Origin: the human T2T-CHM13v2.0 reference genome, Homo sapiens
NCBI RefSeq assembly: GCF_009914755.1
Contig: NC_060926.1
DNA: 64,000 nucleotides
Direction: 5' to 3' (one strand)
The first letter of the stretch is position 1. Each line of letters starts with the position of its first letter. Shown one piece after another: positions 13,106 to 28,119 of the stretch. The notes below the pieces were generated by a model that ran no database searches, was not told the DNA's origin, and saw only the letters and a list, made by a program, of their open reading frames with translations. The translations under genes and the position numbers were made by a program.

Positions 13106-13693
13106 TGTGATAGAATTCTAAGATGGCTCGTAAGATTCCCATCCCCTGCTATACAAGCGCTGTATAATCAATCCCCTCCCTTTGATGGGTATGACCTGAA
13201 ATCGGATGGAATGTCACTCCATGATTACACACCATTATGTGGTAAAGATGAAGGCATTTTGCAGATGTAATTAAGGCTCCTAATCAGTTTCCCTGAGTTA
13301 ACCAAAGGGATATTATCCTTGGTGGGCCTGACCTAATCAGGTGAGCCTTTAAAGCGGGGCCTAGATGTTCCCTGAAGTCAGAGACACTCTCCTGCTAGCC
13401 TTGAAAAGCAAGCTGGCATGAGTTTTATAGCTGTAAGGAGAATTTCTGCCAGCAAGCAAAGTTCTTGTCAAGGAAGTTCTTCAAACTCCCTAGTTTGGAG
13501 GAAAACTCAATGCCTCCAATGAGACAGCAGTCCTGGTCACTGCCTGTTCTCATCCTCCCCAGGCCCTGGCCCGAGGACCCAGTTAGGCTATGTCCAGAAT
13601 TCTGTTCCACAGAACCGTGAGATCATAAATGTGGATTGGTTTAAGCCACTAAGATTGAGGTAATTTGTGACATAGCAATTGAAAACTTGAACA
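13106..13693 (+). mobile_element. MaLR solo LTR, MLT1E/F-like, inserted in an L2 remnant
   Basis: TGTGATAGAATTCTAAGATGGC...TTTGCAGATGTAATTAAGG...GTTTAAGCCACTAAG..TAATTTGT..CATAGCAAT. Confidence 0.8.
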
Positions 13694-14824
13694 ATACTTC
13701 TCCTCCACATGAAGGCAGGGTCTATGTCTCTTATTCACTGTGTGCCCAGTGATTACCACATTATCTGACATTGAAAAACTCACTAAGTATTCACCAAAAG
13801 AAAGACTGATTGACCTTAATTAGTGGGCAGGTTCAATAGATTGGGAGTCAGCAAGTATACATCAAATTTTCAAGAAAAATTTCATGAGAATAAAATAATC
13901 ACCCAGCATGAATGAGCCTGGCTCTCACTTTCTAAGTCACTATCCTGCCCAAGGAAAGGGACCAGGTTCAAACAGAGATAAAGGGCCTTTAATAAATCTT
14001 CTTCAGATTTGTATCTGCTTTTGGGTGAGTCTGATGAATTTTAAATTTTTCTCCAAAACCTTTCTGAATTGACTGAACCTTTTGAATAGTAACATACCTT
14101 CCCACTACCACCCACCACCACCCCTGGCAGACTACCTGTTCTGCCTCATTGGACTCTGCTGCCTGCTGGGGAAGGTCTGGACCATGGACGCCGGGCAAGT
14201 CATCCAAGCAAAGCCCAGTGAAGTTCCAGGATGGGCTCGTGACTCAATAAGAGGCAGTGTTTCTCCCTGAATCAGCCCCAGCATGGCCACATCTGAAGGA
14301 AGCATGGTTGCGAGCTCAGCCACTGCCTGGCTGCCTGTGGACACATGGATCCTGCACTGTCTCGGATGAGAGGACACCGTCTGCTGATTCACTTGCACCT
14401 GGGGTTTCGTGGGTGGACATCTGGAAAGGGCCTCTCTTGCTAGCTCAAGTTTTATTTATCTAAAATGATCTTTTAAAAATCATTTTACGTGTCTTCAAAG
14501 TGTCTGGACATGGTGTGGAATGTGGTTTATTCTGTCCACATGGCAGCAGGCTCTGTGTTGTAACTTGCTGAGATTTTAGGTCTGCCATCAGTATGCAGAC
14601 TGACACCAGCTTTTACTGAGTAGCAATGTAGAGCCCTTGGGAAAAACAGGAGAAATGAAATAGGAGAAACTATTGTGCCAGATGAAGCTCATATTCAGGT
14701 GACCTAAATGCACCTTTCTGGGAATACACAAGGCACTATGTCTGAAGGGTCGATTCAGGATCAAAATATGCATTCAAGTGGATGGTTTGAAATGAGATTT
14801 GTTTGAGATAGCTAAAATTTGTCT

Positions 14825-15150
14825 TCTGTGCTTAATACTTTACAAAAAGTTTTATATACAATAGGTCCTGCATCTCACAACACACTGTGAGGTAGGGAGG
14901 ATATGTAATCTTAGCCCTGTTTTCTGTATGAGGGATGAGATAAGTGCCAGGATGTTATGGGAAGAGACCTGGAACCAGGTTTGGGTGTCAGCTCTGCCAT
15001 TTGTTGGGAAAATTAACCTTTAGGAGCTTCTAGTTATCCACCTACAGAATGCAGTCAACAATCCCTCCCTAGCAAGGTTATTGCTAGGATAATCAGAATG
15101 TGTGTATGAAAGCATCGAGGATTTTGACCCGTGATAAAATGCCCAGTTAA
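14825..15150. mobile_element. MIR fragments (both orientations)
   Basis: TCTCACAACACACTGTGAGGTAG and CAGCTCTGCCATTTG...GTATGAAAGCA motifs. Confidence 0.5.
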
Positions 15151-16758
15151 TTTTCTTGAATCTAAGGCCCAGAGATGTTTAGGAATTTGTTGAGGGGACT
15201 TAGCTTGTAAGGGAAGGACCTGGGACCCAAACCAGGTCTTTGATTCTGAATTCTTTTGCCAGCCTCCAGAACTTTGATCTATTAAAGCCTTTTAAATGAA
15301 TAAGGTTCACCCATGACAGTTATATTCCCCATGGACTGAGGACCCTTTAATAAGTCTTTGATTTTCTGTTTCTTTGTTACTGACGTCCCTCTCTCCAGTC
15401 CCTTCTCTACTTCAGCCAATCTTAAATACCACTTTTCCAGAAATCTCTTTCCAGATGTTGAAGATATATCATGAAATGAAAGAAGCAGGTTCAAAAAATA
15501 CATGTAATAGGAATTATGCCGTTCTTATTAAAGACAAATTAGGTAATTATAGGCGGAAAAAAGATATGAGATCTACAGGAACATATTAACAGTGGCTGTG
15601 TTGAGTGGGGAGATTAGAAGCAATTTTTATTATAATTTCTGCTTTTTTAGAGTCCCCAAGCTTTCTACAATAAATATACATTGTTTTAGTAATAGGGGAA
15701 GAAGTTTCTCATTCTCTTTAAATGTCTCTAAACTCTCCCGTGAACAAAGTCAGACCTTTTGTCTCCAGCTGGGTGTAAGTTACCAGCTGCTGTGTCCTTG
15801 ACCTGTACATTCACTGCATCCCTTTCAACCCATATTCTTCTACATTAATCCATAGGCTCTAAGAACCTAAAGCTTTCTAAACAACTCAAGTCATGGAAAC
15901 AGCTGTCGGCTCCTTCAGTATAGGTGCCAAATCCTTCCCAGAGTTAAAGTAATAATTCGGATGCCCACCTCTAAATACAAGAACTCCTGACATGTAAGGC
16001 ATCCTTCCTAACTAAGCCCTTCAATATTTGTCCACTCTCTTTCACCAATGTCCACTTACAAATTATGCATCATTTTTTTCCACCTCCTGGATTGCAGACT
16101 CCCTGAAGGAAGGAATTGATATGTCCATTTTCTATAAATCTCAAGAAGATCACGTGTTTCTTTCTGAGAATCTAAATGTGTTTATGAACTGTGTGGGTAA
16201 ATTATGCCTTGGCAAATTAGCAGATTGAAAGTGTTGAATCTCTACATGCCCAGACTTGTAAATTTTGCCACTATTAACTTTTAATACATGTTTTAACTTT
16301 TTTTTTTCCTCTTCAAAACTTGGGGTAGTATTTCTCACTGACGACTTCCTTAAGCCAAATTTAACATTTTATAGCTCCAACTGTTTTGGAAGTCAGACAG
16401 CCAGACAGTCAAATGCATTAGAAAAAGGCATTCCCAGATTTTCTTTTTCTGTGTCATGTTTATTCCCCTCAAAAGCAGTTGAAAGATGTTTCTCTCCAAG
16501 GTTTTCAAAGATCATCTATTCTGTGGATGGCAACTTCACACTCTCAAAGGTGTCTACTATAAAAAGGGAAAAGGAGAGATGTATCGTGAAACTGTCTGGT
16601 TAACCCAATATTTGTCACTTTAACTGCTTCTGATGATGCTTTCACTGTGAAACAACACAAAAGGAAGAGTAAAACAGTTGAGACAAGGGGAAGAAATAGC
16701 AACTGCCTTAAGTGTCTACCAATTTTACAGGGTCAGCAATGGCCTCTAATTAGAGTTA

Positions 16759-17070
<312 letters not shown>

Positions 17071-17865
17071 TTAGACTTAGCACTGAGTCACGCTTCTTGA
17101 GAAGCCCCAGAACAGAGTTCCTATCATAGAGAACCAGAGGGGAGTCTACCCCCAGCACCGAAGATGTATTCCAAACCTTCTAGCAGGGTCCCATGTGAGG
17201 TACAGGACTCGGTGAGAGGAGGGGGGCCTGCCTGAGACAAGTGGGGTAGGTAGTCACCTAGAAGACATGTTTTAAGGAAACAAAGACCCATTCACCTACA
17301 GATCTGTCTACCACGAGCCTGTCAAATCCAGTTAGAGCCAATCCTTTGGATTAAAAAATATTGGCTCAAACTGGCCTTTTCAATTAGAGGCATGGAAACA
17401 CACTATGACCTAACTGTCTTTTAAAATCTTAGCACCAACAATTCATTAAGTGTATATCTTTGACTCAGCCACCCATCAAGACTTTGAGACAACACACAGA
17501 ACACATCATCTTTGGTGGAAGTTGGAAGAGTAAAACACTGCTTGAGATGAAGATGTCAGGGTTGAAAGAAGGCACCAAATAAACAAGAAGTCTTATCAGT
17601 GGAGACAGCAAGAAAGCCTGGAAAAGATGGTGCCAAACTGGAAAATATGGTGCTAAAGAGGACAGGAATGGGAATACCAAAGACAAACCTTACTTAGCCA
17701 TCAGTTTGTCTGCATCAGTACTGTAGAGAGGCTACTAAGGGGGACTATTACAGAAGGAAAACAGTCTGAAAGAGATTATTATAGAGGGAAAGAACTTGAG
17801 GAAATTGAAGGATTCTCACACTTTGGAAAAAGTAAATTCTCCTACTCTGGTCCTATTTAATCCAC

Positions 17866-17875
17866 TGTGTGTGTA

Positions 17876-17914
<39 letters not shown>

Positions 17915-17918
17915 CAGA
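17866..17918. repeat. Compound (TG)n(GA)n microsatellite
   Basis: Directly visible. Confidence 0.95.
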
Positions 17919-19174
17919 GCGATAATTCTTGGAAGCAAACCCTCTCTTTTCTCACCCTGAATTCCATGTTATCACTATTTTACACTGAGTTAGGAGGATC
18001 TTCTGCCCACACATTTGTATTATTGCTTTTCTTTTAAGTATCTTAATTCTATAGTAAAATTTGCCATAAAATATTCATAGATGGATGGGCCTAGCTCTTT
18101 AGCCATAGGTCCAGCAGGACTTACTTACATTAAATGTACCATGATATTCTAGATGTTTTAGATTATATATCAGAGAGTCAAGTGAAAAATCAGAAAGTGT
18201 TTTATGTCTATACAGAATCTTAATGATGTCTTTTTTTTTAAAGTATTATAGGAAGTGTGTTGGAAAAATATTTTGAAAACAGTAGATTTGAAAGCCCCAT
18301 TTTGCTCACTTTACTCAAGTATCTGCCTCCTTAAGGTTCTAAGATTTGCCATCATCAATTAGCTGTGCAAACCATGCTGACAAAATCCCTTTTAGAATAG
18401 TTTCTTTCACCACCAACTTGCTTCAGAGCCTCACAAAATGACTCATCTAAATGAGACGGGTCCTCTGGCCCAAAGGGAACAGCTAAGTGACTGACTAATG
18501 TTTTACACTTGGGAGAGAACAGGAAATTAGCTGCATGTTTACTGTGAGGAGACACTGAAGAATTGTAAGGAAGTACCTTTAAATACTTGAGTCCCCAAAA
18601 ATGTTGCTTCACCATTTGCCTAAATGTTGCTTTTAAGTTGGAAGTGTCTCAGTTTCTAAGTGAGGGTTGGATGGTGTTACTATAAGGCACACAAAATTAA
18701 CTAATAAAAGTCATTTCAGTTTCAACATTAAAAAAAATGAAAGTCCAAAGTTCCTGGATGAAAGAAAGGAGGCCTCAATTACATTATGACATATTTTACT
18801 TTTGTCTCTCTGGTGAGATAGAGTACAATTAACAAGATTCTCTTTCAATTTACAGTTAAGCCAGACATCTAAAACCAAGATGACGATGAAACTTTTCAAG
18901 TTGACACATCTTACGAGTTTTGTATGGATTTCAGTGAAATTTTTTCAATGAATTTTTTGAAAGATTGCATGCTTGCCACAAGTTCTACAATTCATAGGAC
19001 TGATAGTGTTCTAACCTTTCTTGCCTGCTACAAAATTCCCATGGTCCATACTCTCTCAACCACTGTATAGCTACCATTTATAACCAAAAAAAAGTCACTT
19101 TCTAGGTACAGTGTTTTCATAACTTCAGACTTAACCAGATGATCTAGACAAATTATTTTTTAAAAAAAATATTC

Positions 19175-19475
<301 letters not shown>

Positions 19476-22400
19476 CTATTCAGCACTTCCTCATGAAACA
19501 CTTCACTGCACAGGAATAATAAGTGTTGTCTATTGACTAATGTCAACAGCCAACCCTTCATTATCTTTCCTATTGGGGAAAGAGAAAATATGATTAAATT
19601 GAATCTGCTGTTTATCCCAAATTACACTTTTGCTGAGATTTTTTAACATTCTTTGCCACCAAACCTGATGATAACATGCGAAAATTGATCTTTTTTTTTC
19701 ACCTCTCCCCTGTCCTTTTCTTTGAAGATTCACTGTAAAGAATTTTGTAGACTGTGGACAAATACTGAAATGCCAAAAGCATGTAACCTTTTAGATTAGA
19801 CCAACAAACAATCACAGACATCATCACATTGGCTTTATCTCATTAGTGTAAATCTATTAAAACAACCACTGAAAGCTACTGTTGCTTTAGATGGATGCTT
19901 AGGAGCTAAATTATTTGCTCTATTCACAAGAAGGATTGTCTCCAAAATCCTCCTTAGTTTTGAATAGGAAAGTAGACCCTCATGTCTCTGCAGATTGTCT
20001 ACACACAATGCACTGGGTCAAGAGTCAAGGATGGCCCTGTCTATTTTTAATTTAGAATAAATGCACAACCAGTTTAGCAAAATGAAATTTGTACTTTTAG
20101 TTCTCTATTTTCAGATTTTTCATATGCTGAATGATTTAAGACTTCCATTTGTGCATTCACCTAAAATAAGAGAAAGCTCTCAGCAAAATTTTGAGTAAAT
20201 AAGTATCTTTAGTATATTCTGTTTTCCTTCTTACTTCCCTTCCCAAGGATCACCCTTATCACCTTTCCAAAATAACAGTCCATCAAGTCAACCCACTATA
20301 AACTGAACACCAAACATTCTTCAAAGTTGACCTTTCCTTCATCCCATTCTCCTAGAATTCCGTTAGCTAAGTAATGCAATCTGATACACTATTGTTTTCT
20401 AGGGTAACAATGGTTTAATAAATTATTCCTCATAGATGATATATTTGCATTCCAACAGAAATTCTTATTACCTTAAACCCATATTTTCCACACTGTATCT
20501 TTGAAGAAAAAGAAGGACATCCTGAAGGCTATTCTGGTGAGTTTCTGACACTTTGAGAAACTGATAATGGAAATACGTCAGGGTTAGGAAAACCTAACAT
20601 AGTGGACAACAATGCTCAACCTGCCATTTTATTTTTACTGAAATAAAGTGCCAAAGATCACTCAGTGAAAGGGGCACATCATGTGATATAATTCCAGATA
20701 GATAGTTCTATTTTCACTCTCATAGAGTTTTCCTCCTCTCCTTAACCTTTCATTTTCTCGCTGCATAAAGTCGCTTCTACCATCTATTGCCTCTGAATCC
20801 TTTCTTAATTCAATTACATAAGTGTCCAGAAGAAAACAAAAACACTGAGGACTGAGCTCTCTCTGATTTTCAAGCAGTGGGGAAGCAGAGAAAAACCAGT
20901 TGTTCCCATTGACTTAGAAGACACTGTAATTTCCACAAAAATTACTGTGGATTTCAACATAAGTCATTGGACAAAAGAAAACAAAACAAGTAATTGAGGC
21001 AGTATATAAGAAAAGGGAGCATTTCAGGACTCCTAAAAACTAATTTTTAAAGGCTCTCAATATCCTAGTTCATAAGGGCAATCTGACCTACTAGCATTGG
21101 AAAGAAATGCTCATCCCAAAAGACTTAAATGATAATCAGACAAAGCTTCTGTGAATGTGTAAACGTGTGATGGTGACATTTCTCAGTCTGCACATGGTCC
21201 ATTTGCCAGAGATCTGAGATTTGCTGGCTCCATAGAGAGCTGCCCTAATAAATCTCAACAGTCCAGGGAGATTTGGTCCAGTGTTCCCAGGTGATTGTCT
21301 TGCCGATTCCCCGAAAGGAAACAGAAGGGTATTTAATTCTACAGCAGCGGCCCACATTCACCCACAAGTGACATTATTTTAGAAACCGATTTTAGAGATT
21401 AAAGGTGAAACAGAGAAATCCTACACTGCACAAGAAATCACTGCCAATTTTAGTGACTAGTTGCAGAAAAACACATTTAAGGAGAGTGTTTCTAACGTAG
21501 CGTTCTCTGACAGCATTCCTGCCTAGATGTAATGCTGATGTCAGGTTATTTTTATATCATACTTTAAAATCACATCTGGTAACTTAATTTCTGGGACTAT
21601 GTAACCCCCTTTCATTCAGGCATGTAACTTTCCAAGTTGCGGCATTAAAGGGATATAGAAAACAATGCAAACCAAGGAAATTCCCGTTTTCACACCCAAA
21701 AAGTGTTTTACCCCCAATGTTTTCCACTTACACTGTTACACCAAAGCACTAGATGCATAAAGGTGTAAATGAAAACCTTTTGATGGTGATGACGAATTTG
21801 AGGAGATATGTGCTACAGGCCAGGAGAACTCTCTTCCTCATTATCATGCCCCAGTGGATGAAAATGCTTCCAAAACTTCTTTGAGAACTGTGTGGGAATG
21901 TGATGAAACACCTGATAACTGTCCAGCACACCCCCACCGCGAGGCAACCTGGTACACGGCTGCCTTCTGAGCTCTCTCTGTGCTTGGCACACACAGCATC
22001 CTCATAGGAGGAAAACCAGCTGTTTTTACTCATGATAACAATCCCAAGGAAACCTTGGCTTTGGAAGAGAAGGCTGGAGAGGAGTCAATGACAGCTTGCT
22101 AAGGACACCAAGATTTCCCAGATGGCTCTTTTTATTTAATGATAGTGAAATCTGGTCCCTGCACTTCTTCTTTACAGCCAAGTTGTGCTATACGCTGTTT
22201 TGGCACTGGCGATATAAAAAGAAGTTGGAGGGGAACCCTTTGAATCTGATGTCTTTTCTCTTGGATTTTTCTGTAAGCAGTGACAGGTTATACCAACAGT
22301 TGCTAGCGTCAGCAGGCGACACTTCAGATTAATGCCTTAACAGGGGTAGCAAAACCTGATAGAGAATTTGTCAGAAAACGTAAGAAGGACTGAAACAAAT

Positions 22401-24239
22401 TATTTATTACTCCAGAATCCTGTACTAGTCAGCCACAGCAGAATAATAGGGTTTGGCCATGAAGACAGCAGGAGTGAAAAATTAAGAAGAATTCCACCCC
22501 TCCGCCCCCACCCCCCACACACAATTTTCTACCACCTGGTTAACATAAAGCATAAAATGACATATTTTCCAGGGTAGAGATGCACACAAGGTAAATTCAA
22601 AGGCAGAAATTGACGTGGTATTGAGACTTCCTAGTGCCAGCTTAGGGGTGCCTGACCCTCCATTCATCTGCCTGTTCTTTTTTCTGGAAACTGGGGAGAG
22701 TGGCAAGGGCAGAGTGCATTCACACAGGACAGAAAAGAGTTGGCCAGGCTGTACATAGACGCTGGAGCATTATACAAGGCTCAGTGCTTAAGAGAAGACC
22801 TGAGTAAGCTGGCAGGGGTGGAAATACATCAAGGGCTTGCAAATTGCCTGCCTGAAGGAAAGAAACACAGACTGGTTCTATTCTCTTTACCCAGTAGTAA
22901 GTAAATCTGGCATGAGAGAGAGAGAGACAGACAGACAGACTCTAGGAAAGAAAAAAAGTGAGTTGTTTGACACAAAGGGGAGGTTCTGTGTCTATGTTCC
23001 TTATCTGAATACAGTCAGAATCCGATGGCTTCAGGTTGGCCTCCCTAGGATGGCACTTTACTCCCAAGTCCTGGTCATTGTCACCAAAACGCAGAGCTCC
23101 CCCTGCCCTGCTCTTACCCAAGTCTCCCTTCTCAGTTCTGATCATCCATCCTACCTGGAGCTTTGGAGGCAGGTTGCCTTGTTAGCAGGGCCAGCTGTTT
23201 CTCCAGGTCTGGATGTTGTTCTCTTGTTTTAATCAAGGCATTGGCTATGGTCTAGAGCACACAGAGAGCATCTTCCAGAATAGCCAGCCCATATGCCTGG
23301 CTTTCCATAATCCCATCACGAAGATGATGGGATATCCTATTACTCACGCTTCTGGAAAGAAGACTCCCTGATCCACTCCACATCAGTCATGGGACCTATC
23401 AAAGGAACTTGCCTCAACTCCTCTCTTCGGTTCCTTTTCCCCTTTTCCATCTCCTACGGCAAGAGGTGCTTTCTCATTTCTGACATCTGGGATGATAACT
23501 GTGCAGCCGTGTAAATAGCTTTAGGGAAACTCTACCTCAAGATCTCCAAATCCCTCTCTTTTAGTCTTTTCACTTTTAGACCTTTTAAGCTTGCATATCA
23601 CAGCAAATCATGATGAGAAAACCAAATGGAAAGGTTCCCAAAGCAAAATGAATGGAGCTATTAAAATAAGATAAATTAGGCTACATTCAACAGCAAAATT
23701 TGGCTTTAGAGACTCTGTTATCTCCACCTTAACACTACCTATCAACGCTGACACTCAAATCTTAGGCTTAACTATTATATAAACAAGGCTATACCTAAGC
23801 ACCTTGGGTCAAAGTCTGTTCTGCCTGTTGAAAATGTGAATAAATGACAAATTACTCCAAAGTTTGTGGTAAGATTTCCATAGGGATTGAGGATTGATTA
23901 ACAACTGCATTTTCAATTTTACTGTGAACCAGTATCTGAAAACAGTAAAACTTTTGTTTCTAGAAAATAAGCACTTTTAAAAGTGCTGAATGCATAAAGG
24001 GAGGTTTTGAAGACTCACCTCCCCCAGGACTCACATCGTCTGAACAAGTAATCAGTTTCTGCAACTACCATTTGCTCGGTCATCGTTTCTGAGTTTGGTG
24101 ACAAGGGAGGTATTACCAGATGAATACAGCAGTACTCTATTACCCAATCTTTTGGGTTATTAGGGTTGGTGATAAATTGCTCACAGTAGGAGTTGTCTAG
24201 CCTCACCTATCAGTTACTGAAGTCACAGAACGGTGTGAT

Positions 24240-24390
24240 AGGCTTCAACTCTAACTAGAGTTTCAACTTCTGCTACTACTGTGTCACTTTGATCAGGTCA
24301 CTTCAGAGATTTTGTTCCTATTTATCAATAAGATGCAGAAAAAAATACTCCTCACTTTCTTACTCTACAAAAACAATGTGAAATTGTTCA
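24240..24390 (+). mobile_element. MIR fragment
   Basis: TTCTGCTACTACTGTGTCACTTTGATCAGGTCACTT. Confidence 0.5.
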
Positions 24391-24688
24391 TGCATATACT
24401 TATGTAGCTTCCTGAAATAATCTGTGCACAAATATGTTCCTTTGCCCTATGTGCCTACCGTCTGACATCATTAAAAGATCTGACAGCCAATGTTAGAACC
24501 ACACTTTACCAGCTGCATTAGCTTTTCAGTGCCTGCCATACCCATTCCTTGCTGTTTGAGAGTTGTCATGTCTGATCACCCTCCTCTCTGTTAGTTGACA
24601 TCAACTCTGGCCCGTCCTTCACTTGCTAAATTTTACCTCCTCCCCATTTTTCCTCCAACCAGTCAAATGAGCTTAATGAATTTCTAGA

Positions 24689-24867
24689 CTAGTGCTTCTC
24701 AAACTTTAGTGCGCAAAATAATAATAGAAATCTTGTTCAAGATGATTCCAGTGCCCCACCCCCAGATTTTCTGATTCAGTAGCTATGGGGAGTACCTGAG
24801 AATTTGCATTTCTAACAAGCTTCCAGGTGATGCTGATGCTGATGCTGATGATCGTTCTGAGTAGAGC
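24689..24867. mobile_element. MER5A (hAT-Charlie)
   Basis: TAGTGCTTCTCAAACTTTAG...TTCTGATTCAGTAG...GAGAATTTGCATTTCTAACAAGC..CCAGGTGATGCTGATGCTG. Confidence 0.85.
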
Positions 24868-25244
24868 TGGCCCAAATATGGAATCTACTCATGAAACTAT
24901 TGAGGAATGAGAGCGGAAGGTTGGGAGGAACTGAGAGAAGGGGAGATGACTACAAGTGGGTGGTAAATATTCAGAGCCAAGAAATGACTAGTAAGAAAAA
25001 ATTGAAGGTAAAGAGTTCTATTATGGAGTTTCCTGGTGTAGTGGACTGCACAGCTGATATTCTGCTGTGGTTTTCCCAGTATGGAAAAACAAATGAACAC
25101 ACATGTCTGACTATATAATTTGGGAACAGTATAGAAGTCCTGACTATTACTCTTTTTACTGGACATCATTGACTCCAGAATGTCCAAGAATGTCATAATG
25201 AAATAATTTTTTCGGACACTAGCTGTTTAACAAAGAAGTGAACC

Positions 25245-25544
25245 AGTCAGGTACAGTGCCTCACACCCATAATCTTGCATTTTGAGAAGCCGACGCAGGA
25301 GGATTGCTTGAGGCTAGGAGTTCCAGATCAGCCTAGGCAACAAAGCAAGACCTTATCTCTACAAAAAATTAGAAAAATAGCCAGGAGTGGTGGCATGCAC
25401 CTATAGTCCCAGCTACTTGGGAGGCTAAGGTGGGACGATAGCTTGAGCACAGGATTTCCAGGCTGCGGTGAGCTATGATTGCACTACTGCACTCCAGCCT
25501 GGGTGACAGAGAGACACCTTGTGTCTAAAAGAAAAAAAAAAAAA
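25245..25544 (+). mobile_element. AluJ
   Basis: GGATTGCTTGAGGC, GAGCTATGATTGC; A-tail. Confidence 0.9.
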
Positions 25545-25549
25545 GATTT

Positions 25550-27800
25550 AGAAAAATTTCCAAAATATAGTAGCATCCATGATCTCAGAAACAGAAGTTT
25601 TAAACAAAGACTTTAAGCAACTGTTATAACTATCTCCCATAAAGTAAAAGTGAACACTAAATAAATGTATGGAAATTTTTTTTTGTATTTTTCCAAACAT
25701 TTATTTGTATGCATAAAAAAACAAATACAAATTGTAGAATTTGAAAACAATAATATCTGAAATAACTCACTGGACAGGCTCAGTAACATAATGGGGATGA
25801 TGGAGGAGTCAGTGGATTAGCAGGCAAGTCAACAAAAATTATTCACTTCATCCAAATTATCCAAGAACAGAGAGCAAAAAGCTTTATAAAATAAATACAG
25901 CCTCAGGAACCATTGGGGAAAATATCTAATGTTTGTGTCACTAGAGTCATAATTAGAAAAGAGAAAAGTATTAGTGTAGAAAAATATTGCATAAACCATG
26001 ATAGAAACTTCCCAAATATGGTGAAAGGCATACATTCACAGATTCAAGAAGCCCAGCAAACCCCAAACAAGATAAACTCATAGAAAACCATGTCCAGATA
26101 CATCAAATTTAAACTTTTGGGAACTGAAGATAAAGAAAAACGTGTGAAAGCCACCAGAAAGGGAAAACATGACACATTACATATGGGGAAAAACAATTTG
26201 AAAGATGGCTGATTTCTCATTAGACACTTTAGAGGCCAGAGGAGAGTGTCACAACATTTTTAAAGTGTCAGGAAAAAAGGGACTGTCAATTCTGAAATTA
26301 TCATTCAGGAATAAAGGCAAAATAATTGCCTTCTCAGATGAAGGAAAACTAGGAGACTTCATTATCAGCAGGCGTGTTTAAAAAAATGCTAAAGGAAGCT
26401 TTTCAAGGTGGAGAAAAGTGATAACAGAGGGAAACTTGAAACTTCATAAATGAAATAAAAGCATAATAAAGGGTAAATATCTTGAGAAATAGACTGATTT
26501 TCTGCTTTTAAGTATTTAAACATGTATGATTATGGAAAACAAAAATTATAACATTATTTCACAGGGTTCTCAATGTATGTAGATGTAAGATATATAAAAA
26601 CTATAAAATAAAGAAGGGAGATTAAAGAACTCAATATGCTTGCAAGGTTTCTACATTTTCCTTGAAGTGGTAAAATATTAATTCTAAATAGACTTTGGAA
26701 AGTTAGGTCTGTATATTGTAATTCTTTGAACAACCACTGAACCATTGAAAAGTAACACAGTGATATAGTCAAAAGGCCAATTAATAAATTGGAATTAAGT
26801 ACTGAAAAATATTCATGTAATCCAAAAGAAGTCAGAAAGGAGGAAACAGAAGAAAACAGAGAGGATAAGCAAAACACAAATAATCATAGATTAGACTTAC
26901 ATTCAACCATATCAATAAACACATTAAATGTAAATGGTTTAAACACCAGTTAAAAGACACAAATTATCTTATTGGATAAAAAAGAGACCAAACTATATGC
27001 TATCTATCAGAAACCAATTTTTAGCATAATGATACAAATATAAGTTAAAAGTAAAAGGATGGAAAAGGATATACAATGTGAATGCTAATCAAAAGAAAGC
27101 TTGAGGAGCTATGTTAATATCAAAGTAAACTATAGAATAAGGAATATTTCTAGAGATAAAGAGGAACATAAAATAATGATAAAATGGTTAACTCACCAAG
27201 AAGATACCAGTTCTAAATGTGTATGTACCTACAAATAGAGCTTCAAAATACATAAAACAAAAGTGGATAGAATTGTAAGGAGAAATTAGCACATCCACAA
27301 TTATAGTTGGAGACTTCAACTCAGCAGTCAATAGAACATTTTACAGACATAAAATTAGTAAATATAGATTTATGGAAGACCCAACACTATTGACCAACTT
27401 GACCTGAATCACATTTAACCAATCTCTGTACCCAACTATAGCAAGATATATATATGTTTTATAAATGAATTATTCTTTAAGATAAACCATATCCTGGACC
27501 TCTGTAAAAAAAAAAAATCTTTAAAATTTGAAAAATTTTAAATCATTTAAATTATGTTCTCTGACCACAACCAAAGTAAACTAGAAATAAAACAAAAAGC
27601 TATCTGTAAAATTCCTGAATATTTAGAAATTTAACCTATGCCTCAAAATGGAAGTCTCAATGGAAATTAGTAAATATTTTGAACAAAATAAAATGGTAAA
27701 ATATAAAACTAAAATGTTTAAAAGAAATACAAGAGACTTTGAGTCAGGTGAAAAGTCCTTAAGTACAACGCCAAAAGCACAATTTATCACAGAAAAAAAT
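25550..27800 (+). mobile_element. Old L1M ORF1 to ORF2-endonuclease fragment (non-functional)
   Basis: CAGATTCAAGAAGCCCAGCAAACCCCAAAC (ORF1); CATTAAATGTAAATGGTTTAAA and ATAGTTGGAGACTTCAAC (EN GDFN motif); many stops and frameshifts. Confidence 0.85.
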
Positions 27801-27852
27801 TAATAAATGATCTTCACTTTATCATTAATCCATGCTGATTGTAGCTCTAATT

Positions 27853-28100
27853 CAGGGTTTCTCAACCTTAGAATTATTGACATTTTGGACCAGATACTTC
27901 TTTGTTGTGAAGGGTCGTCCTGTGTATCATAGGAAATGTAATAGCAACCTTGGCCTCCACCCACACAATCACGAGGTGCCAGTAATATTTCTTGCCCAAT
28001 CCCCCCCGAATAGTAACAACCAAAAATGTCTCTAGATATTGCCAGTTTTCCTCTGGGGAAGGTAAAATCATCCCCCATCCCCTGGGATAAAAACTATTGC
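27853..28100. mobile_element. MER20 (hAT-Charlie)
   Basis: CAGGGTTTCTCAACCT...TTGACATTTTGGACCAGATA...ACAACCAAAAATGTCTC.AGA.ATTGCC. Confidence 0.85.
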
Positions 28101-28119
28101 TGTCATTTTTTTCATTTTA

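Noticed and set aside
22307-22324. CTCF-like GTCAGCAGGCGACAC (and TGCCACTAGCGCTGCC at ~41595)
   Set aside because: Several mismatches in the G-rich core; weak matches.
23970-23987. 18-bp palindrome AGCACTTTTAAAAGTGCT and other 8-9-bp stems (23312, 54110, 55060, 57352)
   Set aside because: Within chance expectation for AT-rich DNA of this length.
24010-24206. Minus-strand donor GAG|GTGAGT with a 63-aa ORF; also plus-strand acceptor-like sites at ~34967, ~42978 and ~49975
   Set aside because: No matching acceptor/donor pairs or recognisable peptide. Isolated splice-like words are common.
25550-27800. Potentially coding L1 ORF1/ORF2
   Set aside because: Heavily interrupted by stops, frameshifts and deletions; a fossil.
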